DNA of 32,000 nucleotides from an archaeon (GCA_035390665.1 DAOOUC010000005.1:1-32000), one strand, 5' to 3'. Shown: positions 7,541 to 16,902, counted from the stretch's first letter. Notes: a model not told the origin generated them from the letters alone. Program-made: numbers and translations.

Positions 7541-9124
7541 TTAAAAATCACTTATTCTTTTTTGTTCTTTCTTCCTGACTTTTCTTATAGCTGTTTTATG
7601 AAAATTCTTAAGAATCGTTTTCATTCTTTTTTCTTTATTTTGAGAAACAGTAAAATATTTTTCATCAATTGTATCTTTATTAATCAATAATACAACTTTG
7701 CCAACATTAAATCTTCCTGTTCTTCCCCTTCTTTGTATATTTCTAATTTCTGAAGCTACGGCATCATAAAATATTACTAAATCAACAGACGGAATGTCTA
7801 GTCCTTCTTCGCCAACAGAAGTACATACTAGTATATTGTAAATTCCGGATTTAAAATCAAAAATAATGGATAACTGTTCTTTTTGAGAAAGGCCCTTATC
7901 AGAGGTTTTTGTGGCTTGTCCAACAAATCGTGTTGTTTTTATGCCTGTTTGTTTGTTTAAAAGTTCTACAAGGTTAGAGGCGTTGTCTCTAAAATTATTA
8001 AAAACCAGTATTTTTGATTTAGGGTTTTCTTTAATAAATTCTTTTACAATCTTTAATAATTCTTTTTCTTTTGAGTATTCTAATCTTTCTTTATTTTTTG
8101 ATAAATATAATACTATTTCTTTAAATTCATCAGAATTATAAAAAGAACTTGCAGCTTTACTAGAATGTTTTACTTTAGCTTCTTCAACTACTTTATTTAA
8201 ATAATTTTGAAATGCAACAAAGCCTTGTGTTTCAATTAATTCCAAAGCATGTAATGCTTTAAGAATAACAGATACAAAAGATATTGCAATAAAATGATTA
8301 GTTGATTTTGATTTATTTACTAATAAAAATAATTTTGCTTGAAGATCAATAATTTGTTTTTTTGTATAATTTTCAGGAATCACATATCCTAATCTTCTTA
8401 GTACCAAAATTTTAGATTTTATAAACGATTTAAGTTTTTCTGAAACAAATTTAGAATCTTTATCTAGTTCTGTATATATTGTTTCTATTTCTACATCATT
8501 AACATAATCTACAACATCAATATCTTCTTCTGTTTTTATCTCTATGTGTTTTATACCTAAATTATCTGCAACTTCTTGAATTTTTGATTTATTTGCACCA
8601 GGAGATGCAGTTAATCCCAGTCTTTTAGTATCTTCTGAAAAATATTGAGAAATGAAAGTATATGAATAATTCCCAACAGCTCTGTGTGCTTCATCAAAAA
8701 TAATTAAATTAAAATTATTTGAATCTAATAATTTTTCTTCTAAATCGTGCTGTATTGTTTGAGGAGTTGCACAAATTATTAGACCTTCTCCATCATAAAA
8801 TGCTTTTCTCTTTTCTTGAGTAATTTCCCCAGTTAAAAGAATTATTTTTTCTTCAGAAATTTTCAAGAAATTAAGAAGGCTTTTTTTATGTTGAGCAATC
8901 AATGGTTTTGTTGGAGATAAAAGAATGATTGATTTCTTAGGATTATAAGTATAAGCAATCAACAATACTGCAACAATGGTTTTACCTAAGCCCGTTGGAG
9001 CAACAACCAATGTACTTTCTTTAATTGCTTGAGCAGTAAGTAATTCTTGATAAAGTCTTTTCTTTATTGTTTCTTTCTTAACAAGCGGGTGTTCTATAAA
9101 AATAGAATTATCCATATTAAACAA
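7541..9124 (-). CDS. Hef/FANCM-like SF2 DEAH helicase (helicase half)
   Basis: APTGLGKT Walker A, IFDEAH, LGLTASPG, QRRGRTGR motif VI. Confidence 0.9.
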   Translation of the reverse strand: MFNMDNSIFIEHPLVKKETIKKRLYQELLTAQAIKESTLVVAPTGLGKTIVAVLLIAYTYNPKKSIILLSPTKPLIAQHKKSLLNFLKISEEKIILLTGEITQEKRKAFYDGEGLIICATPQTIQHDLEEKLLDSNNFNLIIFDEAHRAVGNYSYTFISQYFSEDTKRLGLTASPGANKSKIQEVADNLGIKHIEIKTEEDIDVVDYVNDVEIETIYTELDKDSKFVSEKLKSFIKSKILVLRRLGYVIPENYTKKQIIDLQAKLFLLVNKSKSTNHFIAISFVSVILKALHALELIETQGFVAFQNYLNKVVEEAKVKHSSKAASSFYNSDEFKEIVLYLSKNKERLEYSKEKELLKIVKEFIKENPKSKILVFNNFRDNASNLVELLNKQTGIKTTRFVGQATKTSDKGLSQKEQLSIIFDFKSGIYNILVCTSVGEEGLDIPSVDLVIFYDAVASEIRNIQRRGRTGRFNVGKVVLLINKDTIDEKYFTVSQNKEKRMKTILKNFHKTAIRKVRKKEQKRISDF

Positions 9125-9172
9125 TAGATTTAAGTATTTAAAAGATTATCTAGGGTAGTTGTCCAATGGGAA

Positions 9173-9817
9173 TTATAATTTCACAGCAACGGGAAGTGCA
9201 CTTTTTATTCTTGTAATAAGATTTCTTACTTGTGTGTCTTTAACATTGTGTCTTTGAGTCATTAATTTTACGGTGACATTAGAACCAATTCCATTTAAAA
9301 TTAATGCTCTTGTGTGCTGTTCTAATTTATTAAATCCGGCTTTTTCTAATTGTTCTACTACTTGAGACGGACTTAATTCTCTTTGAAATAGTCCTTTTGC
9401 CAAAGACTCTGGATTATAGTCTAAATTTCTTATCCCATCTCTAATTTCTGGAATTTTAGATTTAATTACGTGTGATGCATCAGACAACTCTGTAGGTTCT
9501 CTAAAACCGCATTTAAATAAATAAATTGTTAACTTAGATTTATCTGTAATCTTAAATTGATCAACAATAATATTTGCTATATCTGTTGCTTTAAATCCAG
9601 CTTCTTTAAGATTATATTCTAAACTTATTATTTGTCTTAAAGGAATATTTCCTTCTAACAAATCTTTCAAATATATGTGTTTTTTAGCTAATTGCTCTCT
9701 TGCTTTTCTAGGTTCTGTCTGAAGAGCAGTTTTAACTGCATCTACAATTACTTTTTTTCTATTACCTAGTGCTGTTGCTTTTGGGATTCTTCCTTTCGGG
9801 ACTTTTACTCTTGCCAT
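9173..9817 (-). CDS. Uncharacterised basic protein, 214 aa, upstream-of-nothing orphan between Hef and ribosomal stalk cluster
   Basis: Single clean ORF with no recognised family; lysine/arginine-rich helical sequence. Confidence 0.6.
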   Translation of the reverse strand: MARVKVPKGRIPKATALGNRKKVIVDAVKTALQTEPRKAREQLAKKHIYLKDLLEGNIPLRQIISLEYNLKEAGFKATDIANIIVDQFKITDKSKLTIYLFKCGFREPTELSDASHVIKSKIPEIRDGIRNLDYNPESLAKGLFQRELSPSQVVEQLEKAGFNKLEQHTRALILNGIGSNVTVKLMTQRHNVKDTQVRNLITRIKSALPVAVKL

Positions 9818-9957
9818 AACTAATCTATAATAATAATTACAAATATGTTTATAATATTTGCTTTCGTCAATTAAAATTAAAAAAATAAATATTAATATAA
9901 TTAAAATTAGATTTAGATTAGAATAAGAATAAACTTAAAAAATAAGAAAAAGAAAAG

Positions 9958-9985
9958 ATTATTTGGTTTAATTTAACCAAATAAT
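9958..9985 (-). terminator. Hairpin spanning the rpl12 stop codon followed by a U-rich run (minus strand)
   Basis: Perfect 11-bp arms ATTATTTGGTT/AACCAAATAAT, 6-nt loop; downstream minus-strand sequence AATCTTTTCTTTTTCTTATTTTTT. Confidence 0.5.
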
Positions 9986-10269
9986 GCACTTAATCCTTCA
10001 GCTGCTGCTTCTTCTGTTACAACGTGCTCTTCTGCTGCTGGTGCTTTCTTTGTTTCATGTCCACCTGCTGCTGGAGCTGCTGCTACTTGAACAACGGAAG
10101 CCTTCTCTATTGCTTCTGCAATGTTAATGTCTTTTAATGTTGCAACTAATCCTTTTAATTTTGCATCATCTGCAGAAACACCTGCTGAACTTAAAACTGA
10201 TTTTAAGTTTGCTTCTGTAATTTCCTTATTTGCTTTGTGTAATAACAAAACTGCATATATATAATCCAT
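9973..10269 (-). CDS. rpl12: 50S ribosomal protein L12 (P1-type stalk)
   Basis: [26 protein letters not shown]..., Ala-rich hinge, terminal GLSALFG; GAGGTG Shine-Dalgarno upstream. Confidence 0.95.
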   Translation of the reverse strand: MDYIYAVLLLHKANKEITEANLKSVLSSAGVSADDAKLKGLVATLKDINIAEAIEKASVVQVAAAPAAGGHETKKAPAAEEHVVTEEAAAEGLSALFG

Positions 10270-10291
10270 ATTTCACACCTCTAAATTTTAA

Positions 10292-11047
10292 TTATTCTTT
10301 ATTAACTAAAGCATCAAGTGCTTTAGCCTCTCTTTCTGCTTTTACAATCATTGGTTCAACTGTTTCTTTACAGATATAACCAATATCAACTCCAAGACCA
10401 ATTGCTTGTCTTGCAGCTGTTGCTATTTGCATAATTATTGTGTCTCTATCAATGTCAAGTACTTCTTTATTGTAAATCATTCCGTCCTCTTTTACTAAAA
10501 CTACACTTAATAAAAGTTCAACTGGCTTGATATCTAATTTTGAAAGAGTACTTACAATGTCGCTATTGATTACAGACCCTGCTTTAGCAATTACTGTGTC
10601 GTCTGGAACAAATATTGTTGCACCTCTTACTTGTGCTTTTATTCCAACCTTTTTTAAATCAGATAATGCTGGTCCTGGTGGAAGTCCTGTATCTCCGGCT
10701 GGAACTACAATATCTATAGGAGCAAGCATTCCGATCTTTGCTTTTGAACGTGCTTTTGTTTTTTTAATTGCACCATAAAGTTCGAATGCATTTTTATTTG
10801 TTAAAATTACTATTGGTTGATCAGGTAATTTTTCAACAATATCTTTGTGTCCTTTACTTTCTAAAACTTTCTTTAGAACATTCTTAGATGTTACCTTAAA
10901 TACTGTGTCATCTACATTCTTTTTAACTTTTTGTAAAAGATTAGATGGAAAATCTTTAAGATCTGCAATACCTACAACCTTATAACTTCCAATTAATTTT
11001 GATATATCATCAAACTGGGTATGTCTCCATGATTTTGTGTGTCTCAT
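10292..11047 (-). CDS. rpl10: 50S ribosomal protein L10 (P0-type), short form
   Basis: 'KVVGIADLKDFPSNLLQKVKK', 'PAGDTGLPPGPALSDLKKVGI' match archaeal L10. Confidence 0.92.
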   Translation of the reverse strand: MRHTKSWRHTQFDDISKLIGSYKVVGIADLKDFPSNLLQKVKKNVDDTVFKVTSKNVLKKVLESKGHKDIVEKLPDQPIVILTNKNAFELYGAIKKTKARSKAKIGMLAPIDIVVPAGDTGLPPGPALSDLKKVGIKAQVRGATIFVPDDTVIAKAGSVINSDIVSTLSKLDIKPVELLLSVVLVKEDGMIYNKEVLDIDRDTIIMQIATAARQAIGLGVDIGYICKETVEPMIVKAEREAKALDALVNKE

Positions 11048-11715
11048 TTATCATCACCCATTTTAATTGTTTTACTCATTGTTGATTTAATGTAGATTGT
11101 ATGTAAATTTTGAAAGCCATTTGGTAATTTATCAATTAATGATTTAATAATCATTACTGCATTATCTGTTAAATCAGATTTACCTTGACTTTTCTTTCCA
11201 ACCTTTACTTGTAAAGCAACAGAGCTTTTATTTTTTTTATTTGAAATTTTTTGTTGTGAGATTGATGCAGTTATTAATGTTTTAATTGCATTAACATTTG
11301 GTGGAGCAATCATTGGCATTTTCCCTCTAGGACTTAAAGCCTGTCCTAAGTGCTTACCGACAGTTAACATAACTGGTCCTTCAGCTAAGAATACCTTATA
11401 TTCCTCTGCCATTTTTTTCGCATCTTTCTTAGAAATCTTTGGAATCTCATCATCCATAATTACTTTATCGACAACGCCTTTTAATTCTTGTGCAAGATTT
11501 TTATCTTTAACAAAAACTAAAGATTTGACTTTGTCTAAATATGGGTGTGGTAGATTAATTGTATATTCTATTCTTTGATCTTTGTTTTTAACATTGATGT
11601 TTTTAAGAGTAACAATCATCTCTACTGCTTCGTCAAAGTTTCTTTTTTTTGAAATAGACAATAACTCAGTTATAGCCTTTTCAACTACTTGTTTTTCTGT
11701 TATATTTTTATCCAA
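11044..11715 (-). CDS. rpl1: 50S ribosomal protein L1 (TTG start)
   Basis: 'LPHP', 'LAEGPVMLTVGKHLGQALSPRGKMP' L1 signature; AGGAGGTG 7 nt upstream of TTG. Confidence 0.93.
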   Translation of the reverse strand: MDKNITEKQVVEKAITELLSISKKRNFDEAVEMIVTLKNINVKNKDQRIEYTINLPHPYLDKVKSLVFVKDKNLAQELKGVVDKVIMDDEIPKISKKDAKKMAEEYKVFLAEGPVMLTVGKHLGQALSPRGKMPMIAPPNVNAIKTLITASISQQKISNKKNKSSVALQVKVGKKSQGKSDLTDNAVMIIKSLIDKLPNGFQNLHTIYIKSTMSKTIKMGDDK

Positions 11716-11813
11716 AATTTAGCACCTCCTGCCTGAAAGCAGTTTTAACGGGATAATATAATAAATAATATATAAATAATTCAATTTATAAAGATATAAG
11801 ATTTAAAGTAAAA

Positions 11814-12671
11814 TTACTTTAAATACTTAATTGTGTTAATTACAATTGCTTTACTAATCCCTGGATTAAAATTAAAATAAATTACTTTTCCCATAATTAA
11901 AGATTGCTCTGCTATTGCAACATATGGTTTCTTAACCCTTGGATCTTCTAAATAAGCAACTTCTTTACCAACAACTTGAACATCAAATGTTCTTGTTCTT
12001 ATTGGTCCACTTGTTTCAACTGCAGGAACTTGTAATATTCCACTCATTATTGGATGTTCTTCCATTACAGCATATAATGTTCCTTGCATATCAATTGGTT
12101 GTAAACATGATGGTCTTGATCCTACTACGTCACAACTAACTGGAACAATATCTCCAAAATTTGCTTGCCAACCAAGAACTGAAACATCGTCTGGTCTTTG
12201 TATTCCTGAATTTAAAACAATTATTAATTTTCCACCTTTCTTAACATAAGAAGTTATGGCATCAGCTGTTCTTCTTGAAATAGATTTATCAGTCTGCATT
12301 GATTGATCTAAAACTATAATATTATATCCTTTGATTCTTTCAACTGGATTATGTTGTATACTATCAAGAGTCATATATCTTACTTCTTTAATTAAATCTT
12401 TATTCTCTTGATCACTTAATATATTTCTAAATTCTTGATTTGGAGAACCTAATACTAAAATTCTTACTCCTGATCCGGAATTAAAGAATGATGCGCCTCC
12501 AGATAATATGTTTGTTTTAAAAACAACTAATAGTAAAACTATAATTATTACTGCAATTGGCAAAATGTTTTCCCATTTTACAGAAACTCCACCAAATAGT
12601 TTTTTTCCTGAATCTGAAGCCATTCCTGCATCAAAATCCGAACCGAAATCGTCTCCCATATCTTTAGGCAT
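11814..12671 (-). CDS. Membrane-anchored protein with glutamine-amidotransferase-like/Rossmann-type domain
   Basis: One N-terminal TM (LPIAVIIIVLLLVVF) then 'YNIIVLDQSMQ...ITSYVKKGGKLIIVLNSG'. Confidence 0.5.
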   Translation of the reverse strand: MPKDMGDDFGSDFDAGMASDSGKKLFGGVSVKWENILPIAVIIIVLLLVVFKTNILSGGASFFNSGSGVRILVLGSPNQEFRNILSDQENKDLIKEVRYMTLDSIQHNPVERIKGYNIIVLDQSMQTDKSISRRTADAITSYVKKGGKLIIVLNSGIQRPDDVSVLGWQANFGDIVPVSCDVVGSRPSCLQPIDMQGTLYAVMEEHPIMSGILQVPAVETSGPIRTRTFDVQVVGKEVAYLEDPRVKKPYVAIAEQSLIMGKVIYFNFNPGISKAIVINTIKYLK

Positions 12672-12770
12672 TTAATATCACATTTTAATTTTTATATTAT
12701 AAATAAATTTATGGCATATTTGTTTTTTAAATGTTTCGTAAATTCTTAACTTTACAAAATTACTGTTTTT

Positions 12771-13997
12771 TCAAAAAATCTTCTCTTCTATCTCTAATAA
12801 TCTATTATATTTGACTGTTCTTTCTGATCTTGCTGGCGCTCCAAATTTTATGTAATCACTAGAAAGACCATAAGCTAAATCAGAAATAAAATTATCTTCT
12901 GTTTCTCCAGATCTGTGTGAAACAACAACTTTCCAATTTGCTTTCTTTGCTAAATTAAATGCATTTATTGATTCTGTTAATGTTCCTATTTGATTTACTT
13001 TTAAAAGAAGAGCATTACATTGTTTCTTAGTTATTGCTTGTTTTATTAGTGTTGGATTTGTTACTAATAAATCATCTCCAATAATATTTATTTTATTTCC
13101 AAATTTTTTTGTAAATTCAGCCCAGGGTTTTTTATCATCTTCTGAAAATGGGTCTTCTATTGAAGTAATATTATACTCTTTTAAAAGTTGAGAATAATAA
13201 TCCATCAATTCCAAAGATGAATGTTTTTTATTATTAATTAGATATTTTCCTTTCTCGTAAAATTCACTTGCTGCAACATCTATTCCTATATCTACTTTAT
13301 ATCCTGATTTCTTAATTGAATTCTCTAAAAGATCAAAAGCATCTCTTGGATCTGTTATATTTGGAGCAAAACCGCCTTCAAAACCAACATTTGTAGCTGA
13401 TGATCCATATTTTTTATTTATATTTTCTTTTAAAATTTGATAAATCTCACAAGAGGCTTGCAAATTTTTTGAAATTGTCTTTTCTTTAGGAATTATTTGA
13501 AATTCCTGAAATGCTAAATCCGTTCCAGCGTGCTTTCCTCCATTTATTATATTTAATAATGGAATTGGCATCTTTTCATTAATTTTATTTTCATTTAATC
13601 TAGAAATATATTTATATAATGAAATTCCAAGCTCTTGACTTGCTGCTCTTGCACAAGCAAGACTTACAGATAAAATTGCATTTGCTCCAAGATTTGATTT
13701 GTTTTCTGTACCATCTATTTCAATCATTAGATTATCAATATTACTTTGATCTAAAACAAACTCTCCAATTAGTTTTTTAGAAATCTTACAATTTACATTA
13801 TTGATTGCTTTAGTTACATCCTTTCCTCCGAATGCTTTTCCCTCATCTCTTAATTCTAAAGCTTCTCTTTTACCACTACTTGTTCCTGATGGAACACATG
13901 CATAAGCAATTGTATTATTAGTATAAACAAAAGTTTTAATTGTTGGTATTCCTCTTGAATCTAAAATTCTTATTGCCTTTATTTTTTTAATATTCAT
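12771..13997 (-). CDS. eno: Enolase
   Basis: 'IRILDSRGIPTIKTFV', 'SGKREALELRD', 'ILLKVNQIGTLTES', 'VVVSHRSGETED'. Confidence 0.95.
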   Translation of the reverse strand: MNIKKIKAIRILDSRGIPTIKTFVYTNNTIAYACVPSGTSSGKREALELRDEGKAFGGKDVTKAINNVNCKISKKLIGEFVLDQSNIDNLMIEIDGTENKSNLGANAILSVSLACARAASQELGISLYKYISRLNENKINEKMPIPLLNIINGGKHAGTDLAFQEFQIIPKEKTISKNLQASCEIYQILKENINKKYGSSATNVGFEGGFAPNITDPRDAFDLLENSIKKSGYKVDIGIDVAASEFYEKGKYLINNKKHSSLELMDYYSQLLKEYNITSIEDPFSEDDKKPWAEFTKKFGNKINIIGDDLLVTNPTLIKQAITKKQCNALLLKVNQIGTLTESINAFNLAKKANWKVVVSHRSGETEDNFISDLAYGLSSDYIKFGAPARSERTVKYNRLLEIEEKIF

Positions 13998-14000
13998 AAT

Positions 14001-14693
14001 TTATTCCTCTTTCTTTTTTAAAACAACTCTTGCATGACTTTTATCTAATATTTTTCCAACACTTAAATTACTATTAAATAAACTTGTTCCAAATATTTCA
14101 GAGTACAATAATTTGTTTGCATAAGAATCCAAAGACGAATAATTAAATTCTTTTGATTCTACAAGATAATTTTTTATTTCATCAATGTCAGAATTAACTA
14201 TATTTAATCCTTTTATTTCAGTTAAATTTGGCGCATGATTATTAGAAAGTGTTTCTTTTAAAAGAATTGAATTAATATTTGAATATTTGTGTAAATAATA
14301 TGCATCAGTCCAGATATCGTGACCTAAAAATAAAATTCCTTCTTTAGAAGAACTAAATTTTTTATTTAAATAATAAACTTTGAAATATTCATCTGAATAA
14401 TTTGAATCTTTTTCTTTCGCTTGTTTTTTAATATCTTTGTCTATTTCATTTAATGATTCATAATAGTCTTCTGATATATCGATTATGTTGTCTTTTTTAA
14501 AATAAGAATCAATGCCATTTTCGGATAATATTTTTTCAGAGTTGTCTTTCTCTAAGCCTGTAATGAGTCCTAAATTAATTTTCTGATCTTTAGAAAATTC
14601 AACTAGTTCTGATAAATATGATGTGTCTGGACGTTTATTTAATTTGCCTTTGATTAAGACATCAAATAATCCAAAGTATAAATATTTAATCAT
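14001..14693 (-). CDS. HAD-like hydrolase-fold protein (divergent)
   Basis: 'FGLFDVL', 'NLGLITGLEKDN', 'GILFLGHDIWTDAYY' loosely fit HAD motifs; nucleophile Asp pattern is degenerate. Confidence 0.4.
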   Translation of the reverse strand: MIKYLYFGLFDVLIKGKLNKRPDTSYLSELVEFSKDQKINLGLITGLEKDNSEKILSENGIDSYFKKDNIIDISEDYYESLNEIDKDIKKQAKEKDSNYSDEYFKVYYLNKKFSSSKEGILFLGHDIWTDAYYLHKYSNINSILLKETLSNNHAPNLTEIKGLNIVNSDIDEIKNYLVESKEFNYSSLDSYANKLLYSEIFGTSLFNSNLSVGKILDKSHARVVLKKKEE

Positions 14694-14763
14694 ATATATC
14701 TTTAAAGAAACATATATTTATAAACAATTCAAATCTATTTAATAAAAAAAAGAAGGTGAAAAA

Positions 14764-14916
14764 TTGACTCAAAGTTTAGCAAGTGGAATTCTTATTGGCA
14801 TTGGTATTGGAACATACATTCCATCTTTACCTGCTCCTTTAAATATAATTAATACTTATCTCGGATTAATATTAATTATTATTGGACTAATATTGTTAAT
14901 CAGAGCAAAAAATTAA
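14764..14916 (+). CDS. Small membrane protein, 50 aa, TTG start, MTQSLASGILIGIGIGTYIPSLPAPLNIINTYLGLILIIIGLILLIRAKN; not in the supplied ORF track
   Basis: AAGGTGA Shine-Dalgarno-like motif immediately upstream of TTG, two hydrophobic helices, ends exactly where the convergent gene ends. Confidence 0.55.
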   Translation: MTQSLASGILIGIGIGTYIPSLPAPLNIINTYLGLILIIIGLILLIRAKN

Positions 14917-15810
14917 TTATTTATTTTCTTTTAATCTTTTTTCTATTTCTGCAAAAACATCATTTATTTCAGAAACTGTGTGTGTTTTTGGCTTACTTTT
15001 AAATGCATTTTTTATAGACTCGAATAAGCCCTTTTTTGTTTCTTCTTTCTTTACAGACGGATATTTATTAAATGAAACTTTCTCTTCTTCAAATACATTC
15101 TTTTTCTTTTTGGAAAGATCATTAAAATTAATTGTAGAAGCTTCTCCTTTTACTGGTGGATTCTCATAATTTTTAGAAAGTAGGGAATTAATAATATTAA
15201 TTACCTTGTTTTGTTCTATCTTTGTCTCAGAGGCAAAAGGCAAATTTTGATTTTCCATTTTTTCTAAAACCGATATTGCTATATCTTTTGTAAATCCTTC
15301 ATCTAATATTGCTTGCTCTATTTCTTCTCTAGTATAATATTTTGCTTGAGATCTTAATAAATCAAATAAAAAATCAATTGTGTTCAATTTATGTTTTTCA
15401 AGTTTTGAACTTCTATTTTCTTGTTCTCTATTTTCTACTTCTTTTATCTTGTAAGATTGAAGTTGAACTTTATATTCTGGATATTTAGATAAATAAAGCA
15501 CAATATTTTCATACTCTTTTGCATAATTAAATTGAGCAAAGGAATATTCTTCAAAGGATATTTCTTTTCTAGAATATAGTTGGTCAATTTTACTCATTTC
15601 TTCTCTTATAATCTTATATCTTTTAAAATAAGATTTGGGATTACGAAATAACACAGGCATTAAATAAGCCACTAAAAACATAATTAAAATAAAAAAAAGA
15701 AAAAGAAAAATGTACGTGCTAAATTCATTTAATGTCTGCAACCATGACTGATTAATTGTATTTTCAGCAATTTGCTGACCAAAATATACATCTAAAAATA
15801 TCTTATCCAT
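14917..15810 (-). CDS. Membrane-anchored helical protein of unknown function
   Basis: N-terminal TM (TYIFLFLFFILIMFLVAYLMPVLF) then long charged helical cytoplasmic part. Confidence 0.6.
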   Translation of the reverse strand: MDKIFLDVYFGQQIAENTINQSWLQTLNEFSTYIFLFLFFILIMFLVAYLMPVLFRNPKSYFKRYKIIREEMSKIDQLYSRKEISFEEYSFAQFNYAKEYENIVLYLSKYPEYKVQLQSYKIKEVENREQENRSSKLEKHKLNTIDFLFDLLRSQAKYYTREEIEQAILDEGFTKDIAISVLEKMENQNLPFASETKIEQNKVINIINSLLSKNYENPPVKGEASTINFNDLSKKKKNVFEEEKVSFNKYPSVKKEETKKGLFESIKNAFKSKPKTHTVSEINDVFAEIEKRLKENK

Positions 15811-15821
15811 GGTTAAAAGAA

Positions 15822-16055
15822 TTAAACGGTCACAAGTATTACTGTGTCTCCTCTTAAGAATACTTCAACATATTTGGTTTTTACTTTTCCATTGTCTAAT
15901 TCTTCTGCATCTTCTAATACTATATTTAAGTGCACATCAAATGCTTTTAATTTTCCTCTTACCATTACATTTCCTTTTAACATAATCAATACTTGTTTAT
16001 TTAAAGAATTGTTAAGCATATCGAATGGTCTCGTTATTTTTAAATCGTTGTTCAT
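15822..16055 (-). CDS. LSm (Sm-like archaeal) RNA-binding protein
   Basis: 'LNKQVLIMLKGNVMVRGKLKAFDVHLNIVLEDAEEL' Sm1 and 'VFLRGDTVILV' Sm2; AGGTGAA upstream of ATG. Confidence 0.93.
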   Translation of the reverse strand: MNNDLKITRPFDMLNNSLNKQVLIMLKGNVMVRGKLKAFDVHLNIVLEDAEELDNGKVKTKYVEVFLRGDTVILVTV

Positions 16056-16081
16056 ATTTTCACCTTTTATTATTTCTCCTT

Positions 16082-16879
16082 TTATTTCTTTTTAAAAATA
16101 TTCTTCAGTGCTGTAAAAAATCCAGAAAATAATTTTTTCTTTTCTGGTTTTATATCAGTGTCAATTTCTTTGCCAGTTATTTTTCTAGCAACCGCTCTAA
16201 ATGAATTTGCGGCCGCACAACTTGGATTGTGCACTAATACGGGTTTAATTTTTTTTAATAAAAATGATTCTCTTATATCTTCAGAATAAGGGATTTTACC
16301 AAAAGAAGGCAACTCTAACATCTTCATGATTTCATTTTCAGAGATTTCTCCTTTAGTATTACTGTGCTTATTTATTATTACCCCCATTACCCTTTGATTT
16401 AATCTTTGAGCAACAATTTTTGCTTTAAATGCATCTGCAACGGATGGTGCCGTTGGTTCAGTAATTAACAAAATTTGAGTTGAAGCAGACATTGCAGCAA
16501 TTACATTCTTTTCTATGCCTGCTGGAGAATCAATTAAAATATAATCAAATTTTTTTTGAAGATCTCTAGTTATTGCAACCAATCTTTCAACATCTACTCT
16601 TGTATAAAAAGATATAGAAAGACCCGCAGGAATTATTTTTACTCCTGATGGTCCATCATAAATTGCATCTTGTGCAGGTGCTGAACCCAATAAAACATCA
16701 TGAATTGTAATTGGTGGAGTTTTTAATCCCATTAATAGACTTAAATTAGCCATAGCTAAATCAGCATCAATCATTAAAACAGAATATCCTAATTCTGCTA
16801 ATGCTATTCCTAAGTTCCCTGTAAGTGTTGTTTTCCCAACGCCTCCTTTCCCTGAAACTATTGCAATTATTTCTCCCAT
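16082..16879 (-). CDS. minD: MinD/ParA-family ATPase (start placed at internal MGEIIA, not at the 16915 ORF start)
   Basis: Deviant Walker A VSGKGGVGKTT, 'MLIDADLAMANLSLLMGL', 'YILIDSPAGIE'. Confidence 0.9.
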   Translation of the reverse strand: MGEIIAIVSGKGGVGKTTLTGNLGIALAELGYSVLMIDADLAMANLSLLMGLKTPPITIHDVLLGSAPAQDAIYDGPSGVKIIPAGLSISFYTRVDVERLVAITRDLQKKFDYILIDSPAGIEKNVIAAMSASTQILLITEPTAPSVADAFKAKIVAQRLNQRVMGVIINKHSNTKGEISENEIMKMLELPSFGKIPYSEDIRESFLLKKIKPVLVHNPSCAAANSFRAVARKITGKEIDTDIKPEKKKLFSGFFTALKNIFKKK

Positions 16880-16902
16880 TTTTATTTCACATTTATATAA
16901 TT

